Shown here: positions 8,846 through 20,375 of the stretch, piece by piece | How positions within the stretch are numbered: position 1 is the first letter of the stretch | Layout of the letters: each line of letters begins with the position of its first letter | IMG/VR virus record: IMGVR_UViG_3300027621_000007 | Location: 180 to 64,179 of that record | DNA length: 64,000 nucleotides | Source: a virus | Lineage: Duplodnaviria > Caudoviricetes | Reading direction: 5' to 3' (one strand) | Position numbers and translations under genes: made by a program | The notes under the pieces: model-generated | Seen by the model: the letters and a program-made list of their open reading frames with translations, nothing else | Database searches by the model: none | Told to the model about the DNA's origin: nothing

Positions 8846-11800
8846 CTACTTAGTAGCGTCTTTAAAAGTTGGAACCATTGTATTTGTGCCAACCAGTGCT
8901 GGTCCGCTATTTAAACTTAATGAAGCTGTATATACTTTACCTAATCCATTTATAATTAATTCCCAGTTAAGTGTTACTGGAGTACCGTCTTCATAGTACT
9001 CGTCCCATTCAGTCATTGGCCATTCTGAAGCTTTATTATAAACTTTTAATAGTATTAACATATCGACAAGAGCATCATAAGTTCTTATTTCTATGTTACT
9101 TAAATTATTTAGTGGATCGGTTTGTCCACTTGTTTCAAAGTGAATTGCAGTTCTTGGCGAGCTATAGACAGGAAGAGAGTCTAACATAAGACTTTGCGCA
9201 TATAAAGCAGCCTCGTACAGTTGATCAAACCTGGTGTAAATTACAGATTCTGGGCTTATTAATTCTTTTGCTTTATCTTTTACGTACGCAAGAGTATTGT
9301 TTGTTGTTTCTGGTATTGTCAAGAATATTGATCTTATTTGATTCTTAATGCCGACATAGCTTTCTGCATCCGTCTTGTAGAATACAGATGCCATATATCT
9401 TTCAGGTCCGGTATTACCCCATTTTTCACTTTTTCTTGACGCTGCGTAATTAACTCTATTGTTTACTAGCGCACCTGCTTCTAAATCATCTGCAGTGAGT
9501 ATCATCGCAGAATTGTTAGGACTCACTCTCAGAACCACTAGTCTGCCTTCTAGTGCTGCTTTCGTAAAGAACATACCTTTTGAAGCTGTTGAATTAACAT
9601 CTATTATTCCAACATCTTTTGAAACACCATTCTTTTGTAATTCCGATGTGTCGACTCCATCAAATCTTATTCTATACTCACGATATTTTTCATCAGATCC
9701 ACTTAATACGTCTATCACGTCGACGGTGTCACCGTCAATTACATGTTTTACATAAACAATAGTTTTGAAGTATTGATTAAGACCTGTTTTTTCTGGCCCT
9801 AGTCCAGAATACTTTAGTAGTTGAGAGTGAACAATGGCGTTCTCCAAGCTTATGTATCTAACAAGGTCGCTTATTTCTTTTTCTTTCCAACCCATGTTCT
9901 TCAACAAATCATCTGATCTTATGTAGGCGTTTCCTTCAAGCGATTTAGTTTTTTGTCTTACACCAAGTAAGCTAGGAAGAAGCTTGACTGAATGATACTT
10001 GCCAACAATCATGCCTTGGAAGTTTGACAACCCTGCATCCATTGGTTGTCCGTTCTTTGACAAGTATTGAATATAGCAGCCGTGTTGGTCAAGAACATTG
10101 TCTCTTACCCACTTCCAAGCATTCCAGGCACCGTCAGTTGCCAAAGACAAGGTCGCTGCAACGGCTGCTCCAGCTAATGGGGTTCCGAACACTGTTGCTG
10201 CTGCTGTTGCGCCAGCAGTGATTGCGGGCATTACCAGGCCGGCAAATATTGCTGCACCCATGGCTCCTTCTTGTCTACCAGTACTTGCTGCAATCATCGC
10301 TTTCATTTTTTCAGCGCTTTCGGGCATTGAGTCAGCCAAAGCGTTTGATTGTATATCTTTCAATAATGCAGAATGACCGTGAGTATATTGCATGCCTCCA
10401 ACCATTTGATGTTTAAGCATGTCCCCTAATCTGTCCACTGATACATCGCCATTTATAGTCAGTCTAGAGTTATTTGATTTGCTAGCTAATATTAATCTTG
10501 TTTCATTTCTTAGGGTTTGCATATTTAATTGCGATGCCATCCAAGATGATAAGAACCATCTAGATGGGTCGTTTACTGTAACAAAAGCATTTGGAGTAAT
10601 GCTAGTAACGAATCCAGTTTCTGGAGTAAAGTGATGTACTACTTGTTCTACTTCAAATATTCCATACATTCTTTCGTAAACATCTGCAAGATAAACTATG
10701 TCGTGTGGTCTTATGTCTGCGTTACCTATGACTATTATTTCGCCACCATATATATCCTTTAAAGATTCTTTAAGATAGGAAAGTGCAACTCTTCTTGCAG
10801 TCAACTCATCCGGATCTCCTTGAGCTGACTTTGCGATTCCACGTGCTGTTTGAAGTGGGTGAAATACTGGATGCAATATGCCCCATACACCTTCTCCCTT
10901 AACGTTGTCAAAATATAGTCCAGTCTCAACAGTTTTTTCAACTTGTCTTTCTGGTGGAGCAGCTTTGTCCAAGGAAACTGTTACTGGATATTTCCCATCT
11001 GAAACAGCTGTTATTTGTGTAGCTACACCATTAAAGTTCTCTTTGATATTATTTTTTAATATGTTAGTAAATGAACTAATATAATGTATTCTCTGGAAAG
11101 GCTCTCTAATTTCTACGACAGGCTCTCCATATTCTCTAGTAAATGGATTGTCAACCGCCCTAAGCAAGGTCCCCTCCCTACCAAGGGAATAATAAATTGA
11201 ATCGTTGTAGGCCTTGTTCAGAATGTTTGCTTGCTTAGTAAAGTTTTCTAATTCATTTAATCCATAACCCATTTGGGCCATAGACATTCTAAACATGTTT
11301 AAAAGATTACCCAGTGCTGCATCGAACGCAGTAAAAATTGGTCCTATATTTCTATCCCAAAAACTATCAACATCTTCCAAGACTCCAGTTAACCAGTTTC
11401 CCGCATTGCTTCCTTCTTTTGCATTTGCCTTGAGTAACTTTATTAAGGATTGTGGGTTTGTTGCGTATTCGGCGTTGTAGTCAATAAACGCATTAAATAT
11501 TTTATCTAATGATCTAAAGCTCCATTGATCATCTTCATCACTATTAACGTTAAATAAAACATTTCCTGAAAGTGTGTTTGAATTGAATCGTTTTTTGTCT
11601 GGCCTTAATACGACCCAAGCTCTTGCGTATGGATCTGCCCATAGTTTTTGTCTAAATATTCCAACTAATAATAAGAACAACTGTTTTGGAGTTTTTATAC
11701 TTTCTAGTAATACTTTTGCTTTATCTTCTGGCTTTTTTCCTAAAGATAATTTACTTAAAACATCAGCTAAGATTGACTCATTGCCCAAATTGCCTTTATC

Positions 11801-14800
11801 TGTTTTTGGATCTTTTGGATTAGGATCTGGTGGTGGAGTTCCATATTCATATGTTTCAAAATGTCCTTTAACAAGATTTCTAATTCCAGATACTTTTTTA
11901 TAAACAAGTGCGTTATAGGCATCGATAATGCCCTTATCTTTGTTTATAATTTTCATATTATTTTCATCAAATCCATCAAAGCCACCGTCAATATATTCAT
12001 CTACAGCTATATCAATAGCTGATTGTTTTGCAGCTGTTTGAGCACTGAGCGCGCTAGTCCAGTCTGCTCCAAGTAAGGTTGAAAACTCTGAGCTTCTAGA
12101 ATCTGCTCCAAATTCTTCAAACGTTTGAATTCCGGTTCCCTTAAGAAGCTCGAACAAAGGGTCCTGAGATTCAGATTCATCATTTGGGTCAAGATTAAAC
12201 ATCTTATAAAATATATCTTTTACTGAATCATAATTATGATAACCGTATCTAAATTGATCCCAAATTTGTTGAGCCTCGTACACTCTTCTTCCATTGCCAG
12301 CAATAGTTTTGATTGTATTATCAAATTTTTCATCATAGAAACCTCTTGCTGTGACGCTTACTGAATCTATTGGATCATATACTTTGAGAAAATTATCAAA
12401 GGTTTTGGCTTCTTTATCTTGCTCTAATTGATCTATTAATTTATCTTGCTTTAAACTTTCGTAATCTCCAGCTTGAATGTTGTCGTAGTATTTAAGAAAG
12501 TTCCCACCTTTACTCCATTCTACTTGCCAATCATTTGATGTCTTGAGAGAAATATCATCATTAAATGTGTAACCATCTGCAAGAACTCCGGAATGATTAC
12601 TGGTTCTCAAAGAAGGGTGCCCAGCAGTTGTTGAGTCATAAGACTTAGCCGGTAAGAATCCACCCCTTATAACATCTTCCAAGTTTTTTCCTTCGTCAGC
12701 AGGTTTAAATGCTCCAAATCCAATAAGGAAAGTGTCATTGTCGGGTATGATACCGTCCATTCCGTAAGTAAATTTACTTGCTGGGTTATAGTCGCTTGTC
12801 ACAACTCCTACTGGAGTGCTGTCTGGCACAAATGTAAACATACACTCTTTGAGACTTTGCTCTGCCATTCCAAGGCCTTCCCATTGTCCAGCTGTTGTGG
12901 CGGTTCCTTTGCCATCAGCTTGATCACTAGTTACTATGCCTATCTGTTCTAATGGCGAAAGAATTTGACCCTTATCGTTAATCAAAAGATGAAGGAAGTA
13001 TGCAGCGTCTGGCGACACTATCGCATCAATCTTATTACTTCCACCCCCTTCTGCTTCAGTTTCCCCCCACAAGAAATAAGCTGGAGTACAGACAACTGCC
13101 ACTCTCTTTTCGGGATTATATACAAGTACTTTTCTTTTCTTATATTCATCTGGGTTACCGACTAAATCTTCTTCTTTCATATTATACATTTTCAAAAAAT
13201 CTTGCAGTAGTTGCTGCTTAACATCTACTGATGCTAATCTGTCAAATTTAGGACCAAGTGCTGCTCTAGATTCCAATGGGTTATATGGCCATCTCATGGC
13301 AATATAAAATTGTTCATCTTCTGCCGACTTTGGCATCCCCCATTCGGTAAAGTCTAACATAGCTCCTCCCGCCCTGTACTTATCTTGCAGAGCGTATGCC
13401 GGATCTAGATCATCATAATACTTTTCAAACTTCTCTAAGAGTACGGTTTGACCTCCACTTGTTTGTATATCAGTTTGAGACTGCATATCCAAAACTGGCA
13501 ATGGCATTCTGACGGTAGGTGATGCTGTTATAATTCCGAGGTTTCCCTTTGGATCATAAATACCGGATGGGTCAAATGCTGCTGTATTGTTTAGAATTTG
13601 ATCTAAGTTAAGAAATGGAAGTTTACTTGCAAAATTAAAATTAAAATCTAAAGTAGGTTCATCACTGCCTGGCTTCTTAGTTACAAGGGCTGTTGAATCC
13701 GAATCTTTATCTTTACTTACTAAAGATTTTTCTAATAAAGAAATTTGAACTATGTTAGAAATAATTTTTGGTATCTCTTCACCTGTAGCGCTTTTGACAA
13801 TTTTATCGTAATCCAATGAAGGTAGAGTGCCACTTGCTCTGTTAGAGAAAAATGGATAACGGAATCTTATAGGAAGTTGATCAATTTGCTTGTGATCTTG
13901 AAGTTGAAGTGGAGCGTCAATTTGAGTTGCTGCCCTTTGTCTATCATCTTCTATACTTTTTAAAGTTGGTGTCAATAAAGATGCGCTAGCAAAAGGTAAG
14001 TGAAAACCTACTTGAACTTTTCCTTTATTAACTGGTAGTCTAGATACTATCTTATTATTATAATAGTATTTTTGTCTTTCTGTATCAGCAAAATTTATTA
14101 CTTTTCCACGTAATTTTCCACCTGCAGCAAAGATTCCTGTTCCAGAAATTATATCTTTTGACATAGCAGCCATGTTGTCTGCCACTGTACTTTCTCCACT
14201 ATTTAAAGCAGACATGGCATCAGCTATAGGACCAGTATTTTTGTTTACAGAAGAAAGAATTTCATTCAAAGTATCGTCAGGATTTATATAGCCGGGTGTA
14301 TTGATGCCATTTGTTTTTGCGTTCTCTTCGTTTGGAAACCCTGTTGAAACTGGGAATACGCCTGATGTGTAAAGCCAATGTGGCTTTCCATAGAATATGG
14401 TTGACCTATCTTCAAATGGCCTAACGGCAACGATATAGTTAGGCAGTAGTCTTGCGCACAATTGGAACATATCCCAGATGCTTCTCATATAAGTTTGTGC
14501 TCTGAAAGAAACTTCATCATAAATATCATCATCTAGGTCTGAAACAAGACCCATTGTCTTCATGATATTGCTGAGCCCTCTTCCGTTCATCGAACGCAAA
14601 AGCCCAGAACCCAGAGCTGCACCAGCTAGTGGTGAAACAAAATATCCCACAGCTAAGGCGGCTGTTCCGGCTATTACTTGAGAAGTTCCTATTGCATGAC
14701 TTGAATCTATTAATTTATTATTTGCGGTTACTTTATCTAATACGTCGTACGCATCTGCAATGCCTTTTTGAGACTGATCAATTAATCCTGTCCAAGAATT

Positions 14801-17800
14801 ATTACTTAATCTATCTAAGTAACCAAACTTTTCCTGGTCTATCATAGTAGTATCTATGCTTGCCATAGTTGCCCAACCGTCATCTAAGTCTCCACCAAGG
14901 AACTGAGCAACGCCAACACCATTGCCTGGATAAATGTTTCTCTTGAATATTTCAAGATCTCTTTGAGTGCTAAAATTAGCCCATAGTGTTTGCATCGCTC
15001 CAACCACTGGCGTTCTAACGCTCCCACCGGCGCTCTCAAGGCCAGCGTAACCAATTGGAGAGCTTCCTGTAGCTATATTGATTCCCGTGTTTAATGCTTG
15101 TGCTGTGCCGCCTGTGGCTATATTCACTGCGGAGTTCAATCCAAGGCCAAGAGTTCCACTAACTGGATTTTTTGCTATTGAATTAAATGCATTGACCACA
15201 CTGGCCTTATACTGCATTGCTTTTTGTTCTTCTTCTGGTGATAGTGGGGCATATAGTATCGATCCAAAATGTCTAATTCCAAATTTGTTTTCAGAGAATA
15301 CTGCGCCACGTGTTGCGTGCGCAAAAGCTTCCCTCATTCTAGATGCACCCATGGAAAGCAGTCTTATCATTAGGTCTCTTGGTTCAGACATCCAAAGACC
15401 AGTATTTATACCGCCGTCAATTTTGCCGCTGTCGCCCTTTTTCTTGGTGCTATTGATAATAGGGCTTAGTTCAATTGCATCCGATTGAGCTATTATAGTC
15501 ATGATTTCGCCATGTTCTACTTCTGCGATAACACCATTAAATATAGTTTGAAGTGAGTTTGGATTTGATCCATATCCAGCTCTTAGGTGAACTCTTACTC
15601 CTGGCTTTAATCTCATATTCTCTATTTCAGTAACATACTTAGAACTCATATGAGATTTAATGTTCATTGATCTATTTAATAAAGTTTGAACGACTGCAGC
15701 TGTTCCCTGTGAAAGGTTTGTCGCTACTGATGCCATTTCTTTATTTGTTATTCCATTACTTAAAACACCCTCAGTATTAATAATGCTATTTAGTGTTAAT
15801 TCTGGTCTAGACAATTTTGAATATGTATTAGATAGCCTAAGCATCAGTGTGTCACCGAGGATGTCCTCTGACTGAACGATTGAAAAATCAATTATTGATT
15901 GGAGTCCGTAGAAATTATCAAACAATTTAACACCAGCAAAAAAATTACTATCATCGATCAGCCATAGCATGTAAGTCGGAAATGCTCTAATCATTCTTCC
16001 ACCAACATCTCTATATCTGGTATCTAACATCATTTTTTGCCAGTGCTTTGCAACACCTTTGTGGCTACCACCAGTAGAAACTGCTTGAGAAGCGTCAACA
16101 TTATCAGTTCCATAGGCGTTCATATATGAGTCTAGAGACTTTGCTGTTGGAACCCCAGTATGAGAATTTTGAGAATCTCTTTCTGGTGATTGTGTATCTG
16201 AGATTTGAGTGACTTTTGATGTTGCAATCATTTTTCCATTAGCATCTATTTTAAGATAATCTTGAGCTACGTAGAATCTTCCATCTTCTTTATGTTGGTA
16301 GCCTAAAACATAACCGCCATCTGGTGTTTGATATATCGCTGGTAGCTTTCCAGTTTGCCCAGAGTCTGAAGCTGGTATAAAGTGCATTAAACCGAAGTGA
16401 TCAACATCATCTGGATCAAAAGATGGTAATTCCTTTCCATCAGCCTCCTCTATACTGTCTGCTATAAGCTTATCAAACTTAGCTACTTCTTCCTTGGAGC
16501 CAGAAACTACATCTCCTATTTTTAATTCACCATATCTAGTTCCAAATTTTACGTCTTCAAAAGCATATTCTATATTATCTTCATCTTTGAATAGATCTAT
16601 CATATCTTTCCAAATAGTTGGATACTTATTAGCTATAAATCTACTTGCCTGCAATGGTGTTTCAAATTCTGGTTCATTCATTTGATCAAAAATAGCTATT
16701 CTAAAAATCTTCATAGCTTCAGTTGAAGGAAGTTTTGATTGATCTATTAAATATTCTTTTACTTTATTAATATCTCCATTGTTTTCTATGAGTATTTTTT
16801 TAGTAAAATAAACAAAAGATTTTCCTCTGTCGTTAAGACTATTTTTTTCACTTGCATTTCCAGTAGGAAGTGTATATTTTGATGGATCAATAATGCTCTT
16901 TATAACATCATCATCATACATTTCAAATGATCTAAAATAGAAATCTGGATCTAATGTTCCAACCATATCTTTTGAGTCGGCGTCGATAAGATCAAGCGGA
17001 AGATCGGGGTATGCGTTTATCATATCCCACCTTTGCTTCAATCTTAAAAACGGATTTCTTTTACTTCCAAATTCTTTAATAAATGCTGCTTGCTGTTGAG
17101 AGCTTATGTTTTCTCTCTTTTGCTGAAAGATATCAAAATCGACTAGCATTAGCTGAACGTTGTACACGTGTGGAAAACCTTCGACTGTTTGAACAGAGAA
17201 GTTCATTGGTAGAACATATTTAACTCCAGCCAAAGCTGTGATAATATTCTTAATTCCCATAAATCCAATAACGCCTGCTGCGTGCTCAAGTCTTGCCAAA
17301 CCACTCAAGAAGTCAAACATCTTTTTAATTTTCTTAAGTTCGTTCTCCCCAAAGATGGTCATAGATATACTGATCATAGTATCTTTGGAGCCGATGTACT
17401 GGAACGTTGGTTCCTCTTGCATTTGCAGCTGCATTCTAGCTAAGTTGTTGCCCATGCTTAAGCTTACCGAGTTTACTATAACTGAACTAGGATCAAGATC
17501 TATTTTCATCATAGGGATTTCCCATTCCCTAATAGTGAATGCGGATATGTTTGTTCCATCAGTCCTGTTAACATTTTCCGCGTCTCTTATTGCGCCAATG
17601 TTTAAGAGACTTTTAATGCTTTCATCTTGAAAAGTTCTCTCGTATAGGGTAACCATAAAAGAATCAACAAATTTTTTCTCTTCTATTGCCCTGGTACTTG
17701 CCCAGTCTTTGGAGTTTTTATCTATATCAATTTTCTTTTTTTTCAAAATTGCTTCTGAATTACTATCAATCTTATAGGCCAACATACCCTTGACGCTTTG

Positions 17801-19903
17801 TGAAGATAAATAAAGTTCCCATTTTTTATCTTTTAGCTCTTGAGTTTTTTCGGGATCTCCTAAGTTAGGAGTTTGAAGTTCGTTTGGAGTTTTTCTATTT
17901 TTTAAATAGTCTATTACAGAAAGATTGGTAATTTTTTCCGTGTTGATATACTCAATCACTTGGGCATCATAAACCATTTCATAAACGTTTTTAGCATTGG
18001 CGCCAGCTAAAGCTACATTCACTATCTTTTCAGCGACACTTTTTTGGTACAAACTACTGGTCATTTGTGTGCTATTGATAACAACAGTGTCTAAGTTTCT
18101 ATACAAAGTTTCGTCTGTTACGTTAATACCAAATTTAAATAATAAATTTTGCCAGAATGCTCTACCAAATTCTTGTACAGCTTTTTCTTCGTCACTTCTA
18201 AATGAAGCAGTATCTGGACTAAATATCTTAGACTGAACTGATTCTGGAACGTACAAAGTTATGCCATTACCATTTGTCCAATCTCTATACACATTGGTTG
18301 TTAAGACGCCATTATTGTACGGCTTTAGGTCTACTGGCATTGCGCCATAAGGACTTGTCTGATAGGCATCATAGCCGCCATCCAAGCCTGGGTTTTCTAT
18401 TAGGCCGGTAACTGCGGCATTTTCTGCTTCTTCTTTTCCTGGAACGCTAGGTTCCGTTGGTGCAGTTGTTAGGAATTCTGCGCTTACACTGTTAGCTAAT
18501 GCTCCCGCAGCTCTGCCCATATAATGCCTATACTTACCCCAGTGAACTGCCTGATTAAAATCTTTGATCATTGGCAAGAATGGTTTATGGTTAAATTGAA
18601 AAAGTTCTAAATCAACTTCTAGGGTAAACGGGAAACCCGGAACTGTAGACACCGTCATCGATGACAAAGCTACTCCAGTAATGTCAAACACCGAATTAAG
18701 ATAATGATTTTTAATTGGTATAATTGGTGCATACTTAAAAGAAGCTACAAGTCCTCTTAGTGAAGATAAAAACTTATCAATTTTTTGTTCATGTGCTGGA
18801 TCTTTAAAGTCTATGTGAAAGTTTGAATTAAGACTAATCTTTGTTGCGTCATCTATTGTTATTCCCCATATTTCTTCATAATTAGGGAAATATAATTTCA
18901 AGCTAATAGTTGTGTCTTTGTAACCTGTATTAAATTTAGGAGATGCTTTTTGTCTTATAGCTCCACCGGTTAAGCTTCCAGTTTGAAAACCAGTATTAAC
19001 ATTTATAGATATAGGAGGAACATAAAAGTTTGAAGCGCCAAGTCTTAAATGGAATAAGTCTGGACTTGCTGGGGCGTTTGATGTATTCCAGCCCATTTCT
19101 TTTATTACTTTGTCTATTTTTTGTGATGTTAAAAAATTATCTATTGCCCAAATAGGTTGGAATACCGCGTTTCCCTCTTGATCGGTGCCAAATGACTTGA
19201 ACATATTTTCCATAATTTGCTTATGGTTATTCAATGGATCATCAGTTATATCATGACCATAATCTCCAGTTGCTGCTAACGCAGTTATAAACAGCCTATA
19301 GAGATTAGGAAAGTATTTATATACTGTTGTAAGAGCTAATGGATCTTGATAAAAATAATTCTTAACTTGTATTAGTTTTTCAAGCCATAAAGTATCTCTT
19401 ACTGGATCATTAAACTTGGCTGCCGATGCTCTTAGTGTTTCAGCATTTTGAAACCTGAGTTTTGCAAACTCTCTAATACCACCAGCCATTTCAGCTAGCT
19501 GGATTAACCCTGATTGATATATTTTTTCAAATATTAAAGTTCTGGCATTCTGATCTTTCAGATGACTCATCTCAGATTTTCTATAGCTAGTTAATTTAAC
19601 AAATAGATCATTTGAATCGCCATCAAAATTTTCTCGACTTAAACCTATTTCTCCAAGGTCTTTGTTTACTTCATTGTAACTACCTTTAAATCCCTCATTT
19701 AAAAACAAAAGACTTGTTCCACCAGTAACAATTGCCGCACTAAGGTCTATTCCTAAAGTAATACCAGTACCAACTTGTGACCAAAATGACCTGTCTTTGC
19801 CCATCTCCCCAAATAGGGACGTCATTGGAGCAAGGTCAGAGTCCGCATACAGATTTTGAGACGCTTGGTCTGAAGTTATATCTATATCATTATTATTGGT
19901 CAT
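8846..19903 (-). CDS. Giant (3685 aa) baseplate hub / tail-tip protein with C-terminal thermonuclease (SNase-like) domain
   Basis: Hub-like motifs LKPGVRVHLRAGYG...IFNGVIAEV and IIVIGNADIRPHDIVYL...IFEVEQVVHHF..GFVTSI; SNase motifs VKHVIDGDTVDV...RIRFDGVDTSE. Confidence 0.7.
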   Translation of the reverse strand: MTNNNDIDITSDQASQNLYADSDLAPMTSLFGEMGKDRSFWSQVGTGITLGIDLSAAIVTGGTSLLFLNEGFKGSYNEVNKDLGEIGLSRENFDGDSNDLFVKLTSYRKSEMSHLKDQNARTLIFEKIYQSGLIQLAEMAGGIREFAKLRFQNAETLRASAAKFNDPVRDTLWLEKLIQVKNYFYQDPLALTTVYKYFPNLYRLFITALAATGDYGHDITDDPLNNHKQIMENMFKSFGTDQEGNAVFQPIWAIDNFLTSQKIDKVIKEMGWNTSNAPASPDLFHLRLGASNFYVPPISINVNTGFQTGSLTGGAIRQKASPKFNTGYKDTTISLKLYFPNYEEIWGITIDDATKISLNSNFHIDFKDPAHEQKIDKFLSSLRGLVASFKYAPIIPIKNHYLNSVFDITGVALSSMTVSTVPGFPFTLEVDLELFQFNHKPFLPMIKDFNQAVHWGKYRHYMGRAAGALANSVSAEFLTTAPTEPSVPGKEEAENAAVTGLIENPGLDGGYDAYQTSPYGAMPVDLKPYNNGVLTTNVYRDWTNGNGITLYVPESVQSKIFSPDTASFRSDEEKAVQEFGRAFWQNLLFKFGINVTDETLYRNLDTVVINSTQMTSSLYQKSVAEKIVNVALAGANAKNVYEMVYDAQVIEYINTEKITNLSVIDYLKNRKTPNELQTPNLGDPEKTQELKDKKWELYLSSQSVKGMLAYKIDSNSEAILKKKKIDIDKNSKDWASTRAIEEKKFVDSFMVTLYERTFQDESIKSLLNIGAIRDAENVNRTDGTNISAFTIREWEIPMMKIDLDPSSVIVNSVSLSMGNNLARMQLQMQEEPTFQYIGSKDTMISISMTIFGENELKKIKKMFDFLSGLARLEHAAGVIGFMGIKNIITALAGVKYVLPMNFSVQTVEGFPHVYNVQLMLVDFDIFQQKRENISSQQQAAFIKEFGSKRNPFLRLKQRWDMINAYPDLPLDLIDADSKDMVGTLDPDFYFRSFEMYDDDVIKSIIDPSKYTLPTGNASEKNSLNDRGKSFVYFTKKILIENNGDINKVKEYLIDQSKLPSTEAMKIFRIAIFDQMNEPEFETPLQASRFIANKYPTIWKDMIDLFKDEDNIEYAFEDVKFGTRYGELKIGDVVSGSKEEVAKFDKLIADSIEEADGKELPSFDPDDVDHFGLMHFIPASDSGQTGKLPAIYQTPDGGYVLGYQHKEDGRFYVAQDYLKIDANGKMIATSKVTQISDTQSPERDSQNSHTGVPTAKSLDSYMNAYGTDNVDASQAVSTGGSHKGVAKHWQKMMLDTRYRDVGGRMIRAFPTYMLWLIDDSNFFAGVKLFDNFYGLQSIIDFSIVQSEDILGDTLMLRLSNTYSKLSRPELTLNSIINTEGVLSNGITNKEMASVATNLSQGTAAVVQTLLNRSMNIKSHMSSKYVTEIENMRLKPGVRVHLRAGYGSNPNSLQTIFNGVIAEVEHGEIMTIIAQSDAIELSPIINSTKKKGDSGKIDGGINTGLWMSEPRDLMIRLLSMGASRMREAFAHATRGAVFSENKFGIRHFGSILYAPLSPEEEQKAMQYKASVVNAFNSIAKNPVSGTLGLGLNSAVNIATGGTAQALNTGINIATGSSPIGYAGLESAGGSVRTPVVGAMQTLWANFSTQRDLEIFKRNIYPGNGVGVAQFLGGDLDDGWATMASIDTTMIDQEKFGYLDRLSNNSWTGLIDQSQKGIADAYDVLDKVTANNKLIDSSHAIGTSQVIAGTAALAVGYFVSPLAGAALGSGLLRSMNGRGLSNIMKTMGLVSDLDDDIYDEVSFRAQTYMRSIWDMFQLCARLLPNYIVAVRPFEDRSTIFYGKPHWLYTSGVFPVSTGFPNEENAKTNGINTPGYINPDDTLNEILSSVNKNTGPIADAMSALNSGESTVADNMAAMSKDIISGTGIFAAGGKLRGKVINFADTERQKYYYNNKIVSRLPVNKGKVQVGFHLPFASASLLTPTLKSIEDDRQRAATQIDAPLQLQDHKQIDQLPIRFRYPFFSNRASGTLPSLDYDKIVKSATGEEIPKIISNIVQISLLEKSLVSKDKDSDSTALVTKKPGSDEPTLDFNFNFASKLPFLNLDQILNNTAAFDPSGIYDPKGNLGIITASPTVRMPLPVLDMQSQTDIQTSGGQTVLLEKFEKYYDDLDPAYALQDKYRAGGAMLDFTEWGMPKSAEDEQFYIAMRWPYNPLESRAALGPKFDRLASVDVKQQLLQDFLKMYNMKEEDLVGNPDEYKKRKVLVYNPEKRVAVVCTPAYFLWGETEAEGGGSNKIDAIVSPDAAYFLHLLINDKGQILSPLEQIGIVTSDQADGKGTATTAGQWEGLGMAEQSLKECMFTFVPDSTPVGVVTSDYNPASKFTYGMDGIIPDNDTFLIGFGAFKPADEGKNLEDVIRGGFLPAKSYDSTTAGHPSLRTSNHSGVLADGYTFNDDISLKTSNDWQVEWSKGGNFLKYYDNIQAGDYESLKQDKLIDQLEQDKEAKTFDNFLKVYDPIDSVSVTARGFYDEKFDNTIKTIAGNGRRVYEAQQIWDQFRYGYHNYDSVKDIFYKMFNLDPNDESESQDPLFELLKGTGIQTFEEFGADSRSSEFSTLLGADWTSALSAQTAAKQSAIDIAVDEYIDGGFDGFDENNMKIINKDKGIIDAYNALVYKKVSGIRNLVKGHFETYEYGTPPPDPNPKDPKTDKGNLGNESILADVLSKLSLGKKPEDKAKVLLESIKTPKQLFLLLVGIFRQKLWADPYARAWVVLRPDKKRFNSNTLSGNVLFNVNSDEDDQWSFRSLDKIFNAFIDYNAEYATNPQSLIKLLKANAKEGSNAGNWLTGVLEDVDSFWDRNIGPIFTAFDAALGNLLNMFRMSMAQMGYGLNELENFTKQANILNKAYNDSIYYSLGREGTLLRAVDNPFTREYGEPVVEIREPFQRIHYISSFTNILKNNIKENFNGVATQITAVSDGKYPVTVSLDKAAPPERQVEKTVETGLYFDNVKGEGVWGILHPVFHPLQTARGIAKSAQGDPDELTARRVALSYLKESLKDIYGGEIIVIGNADIRPHDIVYLADVYERMYGIFEVEQVVHHFTPETGFVTSITPNAFVTVNDPSRWFLSSWMASQLNMQTLRNETRLILASKSNNSRLTINGDVSVDRLGDMLKHQMVGGMQYTHGHSALLKDIQSNALADSMPESAEKMKAMIAASTGRQEGAMGAAIFAGLVMPAITAGATAAATVFGTPLAGAAVAATLSLATDGAWNAWKWVRDNVLDQHGCYIQYLSKNGQPMDAGLSNFQGMIVGKYHSVKLLPSLLGVRQKTKSLEGNAYIRSDDLLKNMGWKEKEISDLVRYISLENAIVHSQLLKYSGLGPEKTGLNQYFKTIVYVKHVIDGDTVDVIDVLSGSDEKYREYRIRFDGVDTSELQKNGVSKDVGIIDVNSTASKGMFFTKAALEGRLVVLRVSPNNSAMILTADDLEAGALVNNRVNYAASRKSEKWGNTGPERYMASVFYKTDAESYVGIKNQIRSIFLTIPETTNNTLAYVKDKAKELISPESVIYTRFDQLYEAALYAQSLMLDSLPVYSSPRTAIHFETSGQTDPLNNLSNIEIRTYDALVDMLILLKVYNKASEWPMTEWDEYYEDGTPVTLNWELIINGLGKVYTASLSLNSGPALVGTNTMVPTFKDATK

Positions 19904-19905
19904 GT

Positions 19906-20364
19906 TTACCTAAATAAATTATCTGTTTTAATATGATCACTTAGCTTGGCAGCTGTACTATCTGAATGAAAACTTGAACTATGATTAGTAATTATACCAC
20001 TGTTTTTAATTGAACTTGATAGTTTATTACCTATATTTTGACTAGCTGCAATTGCGGTTATTTGCTGCTTATTGTTTCTGGCGTGTTGGAAATCTGGGTT
20101 ATCATAACCGTCTCCATTGCCTTGAATCATTGTAGTCACGCCATTAGAATAGCCCTCCATAGAACCCTTCATCGGATCTGGTTTCATCTTAGACATAACT
20201 GATCTAGAATTGACTGTAACATTATTCCTAGCAGAGCTATCATTCTTGCTGGTTGCTATTCTGGCAGCAAAAGCGTTGGAAGTTTTGGTCCTTGGAGATG
20301 TGTCTATTCGTTTAGAGGCGGCTTCTTTTAAGTTTTTATTTTGTGAATCTGCACCTAAAATCAT
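19906..20364 (-). CDS. Hypothetical low-complexity (S/N/K-rich) protein
   Basis: 152-aa ORF tightly packed in the virion operon. Confidence 0.6.
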   Translation of the reverse strand: MILGADSQNKNLKEAASKRIDTSPRTKTSNAFAARIATSKNDSSARNNVTVNSRSVMSKMKPDPMKGSMEGYSNGVTTMIQGNGDGYDNPDFQHARNNKQQITAIAASQNIGNKLSSSIKNSGIITNHSSSFHSDSTAAKLSDHIKTDNLFR

Positions 20365-20375
20365 ATTTTACATAC

